The position numbers and the translations under genes are program-made. Below are positions 38,496-49,837 of a stretch of 64,000 bases of DNA, in pieces. The notes under the pieces are model-generated. The model made no database searches and had not been told where the DNA came from. It saw nothing but the letters and a program-made list of their open reading frames with translations. Positions within the stretch are counted from its first letter, which is position 1; every line of letters starts with the position of its first letter. The stretch covers positions 266,144 to 330,143 of the forward strand of contig CAYXYU010000001.1 in NCBI GenBank assembly GCA_964469525.1. The letters run 5' to 3'. The DNA is from an uncultured Rickettsiales bacterium (GTDB taxonomy: Bacteria; Pseudomonadota; Alphaproteobacteria; Rickettsiales; SXRF01).

Positions 38496-38930
38496 ATGTC
38501 GGATAAGAAAGACGAAAAATACAAAGGTCCCGGCGGATTTACCGCCGCCGTCGGCAGAGGCATTACGGAAGCCGCCGTACTCGGTACGCTGGCGGCGATT
38601 GGCGGAGCGGTGGTTGGATTCTTCGTCAGGAAAAAATTGCCTTCTTCGGTAACGAAGGAAACTATAGATTTTGTTATGCACGGTGTTAGCAAAGGACACC
38701 TTGATAAGAAAGATGCAAAGATAATCTTGAATGGTGCCGCAGCCTTAGGAGGCGGCGTCATCGCCGGCGCTACCGGTGTGGCAGTTGGCGGCGCGCATGG
38801 ACTGTATGCCGGTGTATCCAATGCCTCCGCTGCCCGGGAACAGCATGCGGAACTGAAAACGGAAAACAAGTTCCAGAAAATGGTGATCGACAGCCGCAGC
38901 AATCTTTCCCCCGATAAAGGGATTGCCTAA
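38496..38930 (+). CDS. Glycine-zipper small membrane protein, paralog 2 (hypothetical)
   Basis: The 144-aa ORF has an AAGGAGG Shine-Dalgarno sequence. It shares the YKGPG..AVGRG and GGAHGLYAGVSN boxes with the upstream gene, and carries an extra AT-rich block of about 35 aa (KKLPSSVTKETIDFVMHGVSKGHLDKKDAKIILNG). Confidence 0.7.
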   Translation: MSDKKDEKYKGPGGFTAAVGRGITEAAVLGTLAAIGGAVVGFFVRKKLPSSVTKETIDFVMHGVSKGHLDKKDAKIILNGAAALGGGVIAGATGVAVGGAHGLYAGVSNASAAREQHAELKTENKFQKMVIDSRSNLSPDKGIA

Positions 38931-38976
38931 CCGGCGCCAAACCCCTTGCCAGTTAATGGCAGGTTGATTACAAAAA

Positions 38977-39004
38977 AGACCGTAACCTTACGGTCTTTTT
39001 TTTA
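38977..39004 (+). terminator. Rho-independent terminator after the glycine-zipper pair
   Basis: The stem AGACCGT, loop AACCTT and stem ACGGTCT are followed by a T8 run. Confidence 0.8.
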
Positions 39005-39681
39005 TGCCCGCTTCCGCCGCGACTCAGCAGCAGCACATGATCCTCGGTCAGCTGATGACCAACGAAGTGCTCGATCCCGCCATCCTGCAGGCCATGCAGG
39101 AAGTGCCGCGCGACAAGTTCCTACCGGAAAAGCTACGCGCCGCCGCCTATGTTGATGGTGAACTGGAGGTGGTGCCGGGGCGCTATTTGATGGACCCGCT
39201 GACCTTCGCGCGACTGCTGCACCTGGCAAATATTTCGTCTGAAAGCCGGGTGCTGCTGATAGGGTGCTTAAGCGGCTACCCGGCGGCGGTAATTGCCAAA
39301 CTGGCGGGAGAAGTCGTCGCCACCGAAACCGACGCGGCGTTGATTACACAGGCGCGCGAGCTTCTGAAACAGCTTGGCATCACCAACGTCACGCTGCAGC
39401 AGGTTTCGTCGCTGCCCGACGGCGGCACGACACCGCCTTACGACATCATTTTCATCCACGGCTCGGTGGTACTGCTGCCGGAGAAACTCGCCATGCAGAT
39501 GAAGCCAGGCGGACAGCTGGCCACCGTGCGCCATGCGTCCGATCGTCCCGGCGGGCGGGGCGGACTGGGCAAGGGACTGCTGGTGATGCGGCTCGCCGAC
39601 CGGCTACAGTACCGTGAATATTTCGATGCGGGGGCGACGGTGTTGCCCGGTTTCGAGCGGCTCGATACCTTTCGGTTCTAA
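39004..39681 (+). CDS. pcm: Protein-L-isoaspartate O-methyltransferase family protein
   Basis: The PCMT-like pattern includes VPRDKFLPE and the SAM-binding VLLIGCLSGYPAAVIAKL. The start may be the internal ATG at 39037, because the ATG at 39004 abuts the terminator. Confidence 0.72.
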   Translation: MPASAATQQQHMILGQLMTNEVLDPAILQAMQEVPRDKFLPEKLRAAAYVDGELEVVPGRYLMDPLTFARLLHLANISSESRVLLIGCLSGYPAAVIAKLAGEVVATETDAALITQARELLKQLGITNVTLQQVSSLPDGGTTPPYDIIFIHGSVVLLPEKLAMQMKPGGQLATVRHASDRPGGRGGLGKGLLVMRLADRLQYREYFDAGATVLPGFERLDTFRF

Positions 39682-39723
39682 AGCCGCTTGTCGCATTCGC
39701 ACAAACCATTTATAACCGAAGGT

Positions 39724-41277
39724 ATGACGCGTCCGATAACGTGGCTGATATGGCCGATGTTCTTCGGCGGTGTGATTGACGCGCAGGCGCAGACACCGGA
39801 TAGCGGCCTGCCCCCGCCGGATGCCGTCATCCGCTATGTTCCGCCGGACCGCGTATCGTCTCCTTCCCCTCCCCTCACTCCCAAAGTGCCGCCACACGCG
39901 CCGGTGGTGGAGGTGATTCCGCCGTCGGCCCCTGTGTCGCCTACGCTTGCGCCGCCGCTTCCGGTACCCGACGCCGATACGGGACCGCCGCCCGAGCAGA
40001 AGGATGAATTTATCGCAGCGCTTTCGCATGTCTATGCTACGCAACCGCAACTGAAGGCGCAGCGGGAAGCGCAGAAGGCGCTGGACGAAACGGTGGCGCA
40101 GGCGATTTCCGGTTTCCGCCCGGAGATCATCGCCGGTTATGACGTCAGCCGCGACCGTACCACCGGCGACGACGACCGCTGGGAGTATGAGAATTCGCAT
40201 CAGAAGACGCTGACCGTCGAGCAGCCCCTGTTTTCCGGCGGCGGCACATTTGCCAATTTTCAGACGGCTAGAGAGCGCATACGCGCCGGGCGGGCGCAGC
40301 TGACGGCTGTCGAGCAGCAGGTGCTGTTCGCCGCCGTGGTGGCCTATACGGACGTGGTGGAAAAACAGTCGGTGCTCGAAGTCAACCAGAACAATGTCGA
40401 CGTGCTGAGGAAGCAACTCGAAGCAACGCAGGCGCGTTACGAGGTAGGTGAGCTAACCAGGACTGATGTTGCCCAGTCGCAGGCACGGCTGGCCATCGCC
40501 ATGACCGGCGAGCGGCAGGCGCTGGGCGACCTCGAATCCTCGCGCGCCACCTTCCGCCGTGTCGTCGGTTACGATGCGCCGCAGCAGGTGGCACTGCCGC
40601 CCGAGCCGGAGTCGCTGCTGCCTCAGCATGTGGAGCAGGCGGTGGAATGGTCGCAGGTGAATGAGCCGACCCTGCTGGCAGCGCGTTATCTGGAGGAAGC
40701 GGCGGATAGCGCCATCAACCAGCAGGTCTCTACCCTGCTTCCCAGTGCGTCCGTGCAGGCAACGGCCTCGCGTGGCAACGATCCGATTCCCGGCCTTGGC
40801 CGCGGGCATAACGACAGCCTTCGTCTTAACATTTCCATCCCCCTTTACCAGTCGGGCGCCGAGTGGTCGCGGTTGCGCGAAGCAAGATATCTGGCACAAC
40901 AGGCCAAGTTTACTATGTTCGACACGCGCGACAGCGTGGTGGAAAACGCTACCCGTGCCTGGCAGGATTACCAGACGGCGAAGGCGGTCATCGCTTCCAA
41001 CGAGGAAGCGGTAAAAGCGGCGGAGGAAGCGTTGGAAGGCATCCATCAGGAAGCGCTGTACGGCACACGCACCATCCTCGACCTGCTGGATACGGAGCAG
41101 GAAGTGTTCAATGCCCAACTCGAACTCGTCCGTGCAAGGGTGGCGGAAAAGCAACAGGCGTACCGTTTATTGGCAGCGGTAGGCCGCTTAACGGCACGCG
41201 AACTGCAACTGCCGGTTGACCTTCACGATCCCAAAAAGCATTATGACGATGTGAAATATCAGTTGATTGGTCTCTGA
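39724..41277 (+). CDS. tolC: TolC-family outer membrane channel with a proline-rich N-terminal extension
   Basis: Two OEP repeats are present (ALSHVYATQPQLKAQREAQKA..., RYEVGELTRTDVAQSQARLA, ...YGTRTILDLLDTEQEVFNAQL). The signal peptide is taken from MTRPITW. About 65 residues of Pro-rich linker precede the TolC core. Confidence 0.82.
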   Translation: MTRPITWLIWPMFFGGVIDAQAQTPDSGLPPPDAVIRYVPPDRVSSPSPPLTPKVPPHAPVVEVIPPSAPVSPTLAPPLPVPDADTGPPPEQKDEFIAALSHVYATQPQLKAQREAQKALDETVAQAISGFRPEIIAGYDVSRDRTTGDDDRWEYENSHQKTLTVEQPLFSGGGTFANFQTARERIRAGRAQLTAVEQQVLFAAVVAYTDVVEKQSVLEVNQNNVDVLRKQLEATQARYEVGELTRTDVAQSQARLAIAMTGERQALGDLESSRATFRRVVGYDAPQQVALPPEPESLLPQHVEQAVEWSQVNEPTLLAARYLEEAADSAINQQVSTLLPSASVQATASRGNDPIPGLGRGHNDSLRLNISIPLYQSGAEWSRLREARYLAQQAKFTMFDTRDSVVENATRAWQDYQTAKAVIASNEEAVKAAEEALEGIHQEALYGTRTILDLLDTEQEVFNAQLELVRARVAEKQQAYRLLAAVGRLTARELQLPVDLHDPKKHYDDVKYQLIGL

Positions 41278-41335
41278 TAATAGTATTTCTAATACGGGTG
41301 GATTATTCCCCTTGGGGGCAGCATAGGGATGCAGC

Positions 41336-42109
41336 ATGGAGGCTAAAAAGGAAGCCAAGAAAGGCGACGATCAGGATTTATCCATGGAGGAAATCCTGCA
41401 ATCGATTCGCAAGATTATCGCTGAGGATGACGACCCGGACAAGAAACCGGGGGATAAGAAAGCTAACGGCAATAAGGCCGACGACGACGTGCCGGGGTCG
41501 GATGTCCTTGAGCTTACCGAAATGCTTAAAGAAGATGGCACTGTTGAAAGTCTGAAACCCGAGGTGGTGGTAAAACCGGAGGCTGCAAAAGAAGCCAAGC
41601 CTGCTGATGTGCTAGGCAAGATCGACGAGGCGCTGAAACCGGAAAAACCGATTGAAAAGCCTGCAGAGAAAGCTCAGGAAAAGCCGCCGGGAAAACCGGC
41701 CGAGCCGGTTGCCGCCCAGCCGGAGGAAAAGCCCGCCGCGCCACCAGAGAAACCGCCTGAGAAGCCGGTGGAAGCCGTGTCCGTTGCTGCCGCTGCTGCT
41801 GAACCAGCCAAACCCGTTGCTCCTGCCCAGTCGGCGCCATCAATGGCTCAGGCGGAGGCCGATGCGCTGCTGTCGAAAGCCGCCGCAGAAGCCAGCGCCG
41901 CCGAGTTCAAGCGCCTGCAGGCTGCCGCCGAGCCACCGCTGCCGCCGGTCGTCACCACCCCCTCCCCCGCTTTCAGTTCCGGTCTGACGGTGGAAACCAT
42001 GGTGATGGACATGCTAAAGCCGATGATGAAGGCCTGGCTGGACGCCAACCTTCCCGCCATCGTCGAGCATATCGTCGAACGCGAAGTGCGGAAGATCACG
42101 CGACACTAA
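41336..42109 (+). CDS. popZ: PopZ/DUF2497 family polar organising protein
   Basis: The N-terminus reads [18 protein letters not shown] long Pro/Ala/Glu/Lys linker follows. The C-terminus reads [36 protein letters not shown]. Confidence 0.8.
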   Translation: MEAKKEAKKGDDQDLSMEEILQSIRKIIAEDDDPDKKPGDKKANGNKADDDVPGSDVLELTEMLKEDGTVESLKPEVVVKPEAAKEAKPADVLGKIDEALKPEKPIEKPAEKAQEKPPGKPAEPVAAQPEEKPAAPPEKPPEKPVEAVSVAAAAAEPAKPVAPAQSAPSMAQAEADALLSKAAAEASAAEFKRLQAAAEPPLPPVVTTPSPAFSSGLTVETMVMDMLKPMMKAWLDANLPAIVEHIVEREVRKITRH

Positions 42110-42114
42110 AAGCA

Positions 42115-43836
42115 ATGACCAAAACCTATGGAAAGTCACGGCTTCCCAGCCGTCATGTGACGGAGGGGCCGGAGCGCGCGCCGCACCGGTCGTATCTCTA
42201 TGCCATGGGGATTCCGGAAAAGGGCATCCATGCGCCGCTGGTCGGGGTGGCGACCACCTGGAATGAGGCAGCGCCTTGCAATATTACTTTGGGGCGGCAG
42301 GCGCAGGTGGTGAAAAAAGGCGTCGCCGCTGCCGGAGGCACGCCGCGCGAATTTACCACCATCACCGTTACCGACGGCATCGCCATGGGGCATCAGGGCA
42401 TGAAATCGTCGCTGGTTTCGCGTGAAGTCATCGCTGACTCGGTGGAACTGACCATGCGCGGGCATTGCTACGATGCGCTGGTCGGGCTGGCCGGGTGCGA
42501 TAAATCCCTGCCGGGGCTGATGATGGCGATGGTGCGGCTCAACGTGCCGAGCGTCTTCATGTATGGCGGCTCGATTCTGCCGGGCAAATTTCAGGGTAAG
42601 CAGGTCACGGTGGTCGATGTCTTTGAAGGCGTCGGCAAGCACAGCGCCGGGGTGATGAACGACGAAGAGTTGCATGCGCTGGAGCAGGTGGCCTGTCCGT
42701 CGGCTGGAAGCTGCGGCGGCCAGTTCACGGCCAATACCATGGCCTGCGTATCGGAAGCAATCGGCCTCGCACTGCCCGGCTCGGCGGGCGCGCCGGCGCC
42801 GTACGAATCGCGCGATGCGTTCGCCTTCGAATCCGGCGAAGCGGTGATGATGCTGCTTAAGAATAAAATCCGCCCGCGCGATATCGTGACGAAAAAAGCG
42901 CTGGAGAATGCCGCCGCCGTTGTCGCTGCCACCGGTGGCTCGACCAACGGAGCGTTACATCTGCCCGCTATCGCGCATGAGGCGGGCATCGATTTTGATA
43001 TTCATGCGGTAGGTGAAATCTTCAAGCGCACGCCCTATCTGGCCGATCTCATGCCCGGCGGTAAATACACCGCCAAGGATCTCTATGAGGCTGGTGGCGT
43101 GCAGGCGGTGATGAGGACGCTGCTCGACGGCGGCTACCTGCACGGTGATTGCCTAACGGTCACCAGTAAGACCATTAAGGAGAATCTGAAAGATGTGAAG
43201 CTGAATCCGGAACAGGATGTAATTTACCCACACAATAAACCGCTTCGGCCGGAAGGTGGTGTGGTCGTACTTAAAGGCAACCTTGCACCTGAAGGCGCCA
43301 TCGTCAAAGTGGCGGGCATGAAGAACCTGGTGTTCAAGGGCCCAGCGCGCTGCTTCGATTCTGAAGAAGCCTGTTTTGAAGCGGTCGACAAGAAGAACTA
43401 CAAAGAAGGCGAGGTGCTGGTGATTCGTTATGAAGGCCCGAAGGGGGGGCCTGGCATGCGTGAGATGCTGGCCACCACCGCCGCGCTCTACGGTCAGGGG
43501 ATGGGTGACAAAGTGGCATTGATCACCGACGGGCGTTTCTCTGGCGGCACACGCGGCTTCTGCATCGGCCATGTCGGGCCCGAGGCGGCGATAGGCGGCC
43601 CGATCGGGCTATTGAAAGACGGTGATCTCATCATCATCGATGCTACCAAACAGCTTATCCATGTCGAACTCAGCGACGCCGAGCTTGAAAAGCGCCGCGC
43701 TGTCTGGAAATCCCGCCAAACCGATTACCAGTCGGGAGCGCTGTGGAAATACGCCCAGGCCGTTGGCTCCGCTGAAAAAGGCGCTGTCACCCACCCGGGG
43801 GCAAAGGCCGAAACGCACGTGTTTGCGGATATTTAG
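42115..43836 (+). CDS. ilvD: Dihydroxy-acid dehydratase
   Basis: The 573-aa product has the CDKSLPG, SGGTRG and ITDGRFSGG motifs. Confidence 0.92.
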   Translation: MTKTYGKSRLPSRHVTEGPERAPHRSYLYAMGIPEKGIHAPLVGVATTWNEAAPCNITLGRQAQVVKKGVAAAGGTPREFTTITVTDGIAMGHQGMKSSLVSREVIADSVELTMRGHCYDALVGLAGCDKSLPGLMMAMVRLNVPSVFMYGGSILPGKFQGKQVTVVDVFEGVGKHSAGVMNDEELHALEQVACPSAGSCGGQFTANTMACVSEAIGLALPGSAGAPAPYESRDAFAFESGEAVMMLLKNKIRPRDIVTKKALENAAAVVAATGGSTNGALHLPAIAHEAGIDFDIHAVGEIFKRTPYLADLMPGGKYTAKDLYEAGGVQAVMRTLLDGGYLHGDCLTVTSKTIKENLKDVKLNPEQDVIYPHNKPLRPEGGVVVLKGNLAPEGAIVKVAGMKNLVFKGPARCFDSEEACFEAVDKKNYKEGEVLVIRYEGPKGGPGMREMLATTAALYGQGMGDKVALITDGRFSGGTRGFCIGHVGPEAAIGGPIGLLKDGDLIIIDATKQLIHVELSDAELEKRRAVWKSRQTDYQSGALWKYAQAVGSAEKGAVTHPGAKAETHVFADI

Positions 43837-43842
43837 TCATCC

Positions 43843-43964
43843 GTCATTCCCCGGATTTGCGCAGCAAATCCTAGGGGAATCCAGTCCTTATATTCAAACT
43901 GGATAACCCTAGAATCGCTATGCGATTCGGATGATGACGCATTTCCTGCTTTCACAGGAATGAT
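43843..43964. repeat. Two-module palindromic element in inverted orientation, plus an extra small hairpin
   Basis: The sequence is GTCATTCCCCGGATTTGCGCAGCAAATCCTAGGGGAATCCAG ... GGATAACCCTAGAATCGCTATGCGATTCGGATGATGAC (to 43938), then ATTTCCTGCTTTCACAGGAATGA. It fills the gap between the ilvD stop (6 nt away) and the hemerythrin gene stop (2 nt away). Confidence 0.85.
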
Positions 43965-43966
43965 AG

Positions 43967-44431
43967 TCAGGCAGCCCGCTGCTCAAGCCGCTGCTTCATC
44001 TTTTCTTCCAGAACTTCCATTTCTTCACCTAGTTCCGAAGCTTCATGTGATTCGATCTCCTGCTTGGCAGCCTTGAAAACCTGTTTTTCCTCTTCTTCCA
44101 TATGGTGCAGCAGTGCCTGGCGGATGGCCCCGAATTTTTCCCACCATAGCTGTTCCCGCGGGTGCATGCTCTCGATTTCCTCGAACATAGTTTCCACTTC
44201 CTTGTGCTCTTTCTTAAAGTTCGGCACTTTCTCGCTGAGCTGTTCGTCACCGCTTTCCTTCAGCGCTTCATAGAAAGTTTTTTCTTCCGATTTGGCATGC
44301 GACAATATTGCCACCTTCAACTCTTCGAGCACCTCTAGGCAAACCTGTTCATCGTTCCGGCCTTCGAGGATCTCATCCATCATGGAACGAGCTTCGTCAT
44401 GATCACGTTTGATTTTGGTATAGATATTCAT
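43967..44431 (-). CDS. Hemerythrin (HHE cation-binding) domain protein
   Basis: The 154-aa helical product has H/E ligand spacing: IKRDHDE, SHAKSEEKTFY, KKEHKEVE and LLHHMEEEE. Confidence 0.75.
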   Translation of the reverse strand: MNIYTKIKRDHDEARSMMDEILEGRNDEQVCLEVLEELKVAILSHAKSEEKTFYEALKESGDEQLSEKVPNFKKEHKEVETMFEEIESMHPREQLWWEKFGAIRQALLHHMEEEEKQVFKAAKQEIESHEASELGEEMEVLEEKMKQRLEQRAA

Positions 44432-44633
44432 AACGGCCTCCTTGTTGTGGGATGACCGATTATGGTGATTCCCGCATAAAATAGCGATATGTCAGTGAGG
44501 TTATTAAAGAGAGTGCTGCTGTTCCTTTTGCGCCAGGTAAAAAGCGTTCAGCAGGTTAACCATATCTTGTGTAAGGTCCAGCGTGCGTTCAGCACCTGCA
44601 TAACCTCGCGCTGTTGCGAAGGCATCGGCATGT

Positions 44634-46025
44634 TTATCCGACTTTTTCTTCCACCGCGTTGATACCAAGCATCTTGAGCTTGCGGTGGAGGGCCGAGCGT
44701 TCCATGCCGACGAAGGAGGAGGTACGGGAAATGTTACCGCCGAAGCGCTCGATCTGGGCGGCGAGGTATTGTTTTTCGAACAGCTCGCGGGCGTCGCGCA
44801 GCGCCATCGACATGATATCGGCATTGGTCTCAGGCCGTGCCAGTACGGGGTTGGAGGTCAGGATTTCCGGCGGCAGTTCGCCGGCCGCGATCGGCTCGCT
44901 CTTGTCGGAGGCCATGATGAGTAGCCATTCCATCATATTACGCAGCTGGCGTACATTGCCCGGCCAATGATAGGCCTGCAGCATGGCGACTGCCTCGTTG
45001 GACAGCTCGCGTACGGGCAGGCCAGCCATCTCGCCGGCGCGCAGCAGGAAATAGCGGCACAGGTCGGGAATGTCCTCGCGGCGATCCTTCAGCGCCGGCA
45101 TGCGGATGGGCACAACGTTGAGACGGTAATATAGATCCTCACGCACGCGGCCATTGGCAATTTCCTGCTCCAGATGGTGATTGCTGGCGGCGATCACGCG
45201 CACATCGACCTCAACCCGGCGATTACCACGCACGCGGGTGAACGCCTGCTCCTGCAGGGCGCGCAGCACTTTGCCCTGTGTCTCCAGCGGCATGTCAGCC
45301 ACCTCGTCGATAAACAGCGTGCCATTATGCGCCCGCTCGAACAGGCCCAGCTTTTCAGCGCCGCCGTTCGGGTTGCTGTCCTCAATGCCGAACAATTCTG
45401 CCTCGACGCGGTCCGGCGTCAGCCCCGCTGTGTTCATCACCACAAAATTGCCATTGGAACGCTGCGACTTGGCGTGGATCAGGCGGGCAATCATCTCCTT
45501 TCCCGTCCCTTGAGCGCCGGTGATCAGCACGCGGCTCGCTGTGGGGGCAATTTTTTCCAGGCTGGCGCGGATTTGCTGGATGGCTTGGGAATTTCCATTG
45601 AGCTGCATCTCCAGCTTGCCCCGCAGCTTCAGCTCCTGGTTCTCGCTGCGCAGGCGGGCATGCTCCAGCGCGCGTGCCACCAGCAGCAATAGGCGGTCTT
45701 CCTTGAAAGGTTTTTCGATGAAATCGTAGGCGCCGGCTTTGATGGAGGCGACAGCCGTTTCGATATTGCCGTGCCCACTGATCATGATGACCGGCATATG
45801 CGGATATTTCTTCTTGACCATCTCCAGGATGCCGAGCCCGTCCAACTCGCTCCCCTGCAGCCAGATGTCGAGGACGAGGACTGAAGGGACACGTTCGGCC
45901 AGCGCTTTGAAGGCGCTATCGCTGTTGTGGGCAGTGCGGGTAGAATAGTTAGCGTCTTTTAAAATATCCGAAATGAGATCCCGGATATCGGCTTCGTCAT
46001 CTACGATAAGGATGTCGGCGTTCAT
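44634..46025 (-). CDS. ntrX: Sigma-54-type AAA+ response regulator NtrX
   Basis: The product has a receiver domain (ILIVDDE, LVLDIWL), an AAA+ domain (GAQGTGKE) and a C-terminal HTH. It lies downstream of ntrY, as in the canonical ntrYX arrangement. Confidence 0.85.
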   Translation of the reverse strand: MNADILIVDDEADIRDLISDILKDANYSTRTAHNSDSAFKALAERVPSVLVLDIWLQGSELDGLGILEMVKKKYPHMPVIMISGHGNIETAVASIKAGAYDFIEKPFKEDRLLLLVARALEHARLRSENQELKLRGKLEMQLNGNSQAIQQIRASLEKIAPTASRVLITGAQGTGKEMIARLIHAKSQRSNGNFVVMNTAGLTPDRVEAELFGIEDSNPNGGAEKLGLFERAHNGTLFIDEVADMPLETQGKVLRALQEQAFTRVRGNRRVEVDVRVIAASNHHLEQEIANGRVREDLYYRLNVVPIRMPALKDRREDIPDLCRYFLLRAGEMAGLPVRELSNEAVAMLQAYHWPGNVRQLRNMMEWLLIMASDKSEPIAAGELPPEILTSNPVLARPETNADIMSMALRDARELFEKQYLAAQIERFGGNISRTSSFVGMERSALHRKLKMLGINAVEEKVG

Positions 46026-46109
46026 AGTAACCTTTGCGGTTAATAGATCATGCTAGGGTCGGTATGTAATTTCGAATAAAATCACGAATTACCGACACGG
46101 ATTCCAGCA

Positions 46110-48326
46110 CTAACTTGCGGCATATATATCACACTGTTGCAAAAAAGAAAGCACAACTCGCGCACCACCGGTGGGAATATTTTCCAGACTTATCCGTCCT
46201 TTGTGATCCTCGACGATTTTCTTAACGATAGCCAGCCCCAGCCCTGTGCCTTTGCTACGGGTTGTCACATAGGGCTCCAGCAGCTGTTGCGCCTCGACCG
46301 TCGGCAGCCCTATACCGTTATCCTCGATGCAAATTTCTATGGTATCGTTTTTGCAGAAGAGGCGAACATTTATGATTCCTCTTCCCCCTTGCGAAGATTC
46401 ACCTCCTGAAGAAATAAATTTCGCCTCTATTGCCTCGGCAGCATTCTTGAGCAGATTGGTCATAATCTGGCTGATTTGTCGCTCGTCGCAATAGAAAGTA
46501 AGCGGCTGGTCAGGCACATCGGTCTGATAGTCGATGGCAGGATTGGCCACCTGCGCCGAAAACACCGCCTTGCGGATGATGGCGGTCAAATCTTCCGTAG
46601 CGAACTTCGGTTGTGGCATGCGTGCAAAGGAAACGAATTCCTCGACCATGCGTCCGATATCGCCGACATGTTTGCCGATCGTGTCGGTGTATTTAATAAA
46701 GTTATCCTGATCTTCGGTGATAAACTTAAGGTATTTGCGCTTTAGCCGTTCGGCTGATAGCTGGATGGGAGTCAGCGGGTTCTTAATCTCATGCGCCACG
46801 CGCCGTGCGACGTCAGCCCAGGCGGCACCCCGCTGTGCTGCCACCAGTAGCGTAATATCGTCGAAGGTGACAATGAAACCCTCGATGGCGGCATCGAACC
46901 GTTCGGCGGTAATGCGCACATGCAGCGTAATGGTTTTGCCGTTGTTGTTGAGCGTCAGGGTGGTTTGTGCCACTTCACCTGGCAATTGCTCGGCCTGTGC
47001 CAGTACCTCCTGAATGCCTGGCAATACCGATTCGATGCTGGTTTCCTGGGTTATCGGCCGGTCAATCTTACTCAGGATGGCCATGGCGGAGCGGTTGGAA
47101 AGGGTGATATTTTTATCTCCGTCCAGCGCGATGACTCCTGCCGACACACCGGACAGTACTGCCTCTGAAAAGCGGCGCCGCTCATCCAGCCGCCGGTTAG
47201 CATCGATCAGTTCTCCCCTCTGGGCATCAAGCTGTTCAGTCATCCGGTTGAAGGCGCGCGCCAGCATGCCGATCTCATCTTTATGAGGCACATCGTCTAC
47301 GCGGGCGGAAAGATCACCGCCCCGTACACGTTCGGCAGCCATGACCAACTTGGAAATCGGGGTGGTCAGCCGTGAGGCAAACACCATGCCGTACCAGACC
47401 GAGGCCAGCAGCAGAAGCAGAGCCAGCGTCACGAATACCAGCGAGAAGGTGAATTGCAGCTGCCTTAATTGACTTTTGAGAGCATTATATTCGCTGACTG
47501 CGCCACGTGCATTATCCATGTGATTGAGCACTTTGCTGTCGATCAACCTTCCTACCAGCAGATAAACGTCATTCAATGCATCAAGCTTGATCAGCGCCCG
47601 CACCTTGTCGTTCTCCGCCGTCATCAACACTACTTCGCCACGGTCGGCGCGTGCCATGGCATCGGGGGGCATGCGCTCGAAGGCCAGGGCGAAGGAAAGC
47701 GTTCCCTGTGCGATTACCTGCCCAGAGTTGCCTTTGAAGACAATGGTTTCAGTCAACTCGCGCAGGGCCGCCTGCGTGGCGACAAGACGCTGGAATTCTT
47801 CCGCGTCACGCAATGACAGGCTGGAGAACTGGCTGACGTCGCTGGCCATGGCCAGCGCATCGCCGCGGATGTTCTCTGCATGTTCCTTGAGATAGGCTTC
47901 GGCTACCGCCAACGACTCCTGCACCGCCGTCTGCACCCGGTCATTGAACCAGGTTTGGATGCCGAGATTGAAAAATAATGTCGAGAACACCGAAACAATG
48001 ATGGTCGGCGTGATGGTGACCAGAGAAAACAGCACCAGGATGCGCTTCTGCATGCGTGATCCGGCGGAACCGGCGCGTAAGGCCCCCCACAGGCGCCAAA
48101 TGCGCCGCCCAATGATAGCGATGAGGATAGCCAGCAGTCCGAGATTGATCAGCAGCAGGGTCAGCACTCGCCGCGGTTTCATGCCCAGCGGTGCGTCGCT
48201 GCCGGTGATCACGATATAGGTGCCGATGGCGGATATAATTGCCGCTATGATAAGGATAACGGCGAGATGGCGAGTAATCCATTTGTAGTTGATGTAGTCC
48301 CGCAGCTGGATGAGATAAGCAGACAT
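46110..48326 (-). CDS. ntrY: Sensor histidine kinase NtrY
   Basis: The 738-aa product has N-terminal TM helices and HAMP and PAS regions. The H-box is VAHEIKNPLTPI, and N and G boxes are present. Confidence 0.85.
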   Translation of the reverse strand: MSAYLIQLRDYINYKWITRHLAVILIIAAIISAIGTYIVITGSDAPLGMKPRRVLTLLLINLGLLAILIAIIGRRIWRLWGALRAGSAGSRMQKRILVLFSLVTITPTIIVSVFSTLFFNLGIQTWFNDRVQTAVQESLAVAEAYLKEHAENIRGDALAMASDVSQFSSLSLRDAEEFQRLVATQAALRELTETIVFKGNSGQVIAQGTLSFALAFERMPPDAMARADRGEVVLMTAENDKVRALIKLDALNDVYLLVGRLIDSKVLNHMDNARGAVSEYNALKSQLRQLQFTFSLVFVTLALLLLLASVWYGMVFASRLTTPISKLVMAAERVRGGDLSARVDDVPHKDEIGMLARAFNRMTEQLDAQRGELIDANRRLDERRRFSEAVLSGVSAGVIALDGDKNITLSNRSAMAILSKIDRPITQETSIESVLPGIQEVLAQAEQLPGEVAQTTLTLNNNGKTITLHVRITAERFDAAIEGFIVTFDDITLLVAAQRGAAWADVARRVAHEIKNPLTPIQLSAERLKRKYLKFITEDQDNFIKYTDTIGKHVGDIGRMVEEFVSFARMPQPKFATEDLTAIIRKAVFSAQVANPAIDYQTDVPDQPLTFYCDERQISQIMTNLLKNAAEAIEAKFISSGGESSQGGRGIINVRLFCKNDTIEICIEDNGIGLPTVEAQQLLEPYVTTRSKGTGLGLAIVKKIVEDHKGRISLENIPTGGARVVLSFLQQCDIYAAS

Positions 48327-48329
48327 GGA

Positions 48330-49775
<1,446 letters not shown>

Positions 49776-49837
49776 GTCAGAGTAGATTGCCTATAAATTA
49801 GGCAGCCAGTATAGTCAGCCGCGTTGGGGCTGCAACC

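Noticed and set aside
44504-44633. A small ORF or unannotated gene between ntrX and the hemerythrin gene (the tail of ORF 44504..44824).
   Set aside because: The only long frame is the continuation of an out-of-frame ORF overlapping ntrX. It has no plausible start codon after the ntrX stop, apart from a 19-codon or a 27-codon peptide, and no Shine-Dalgarno sequence.
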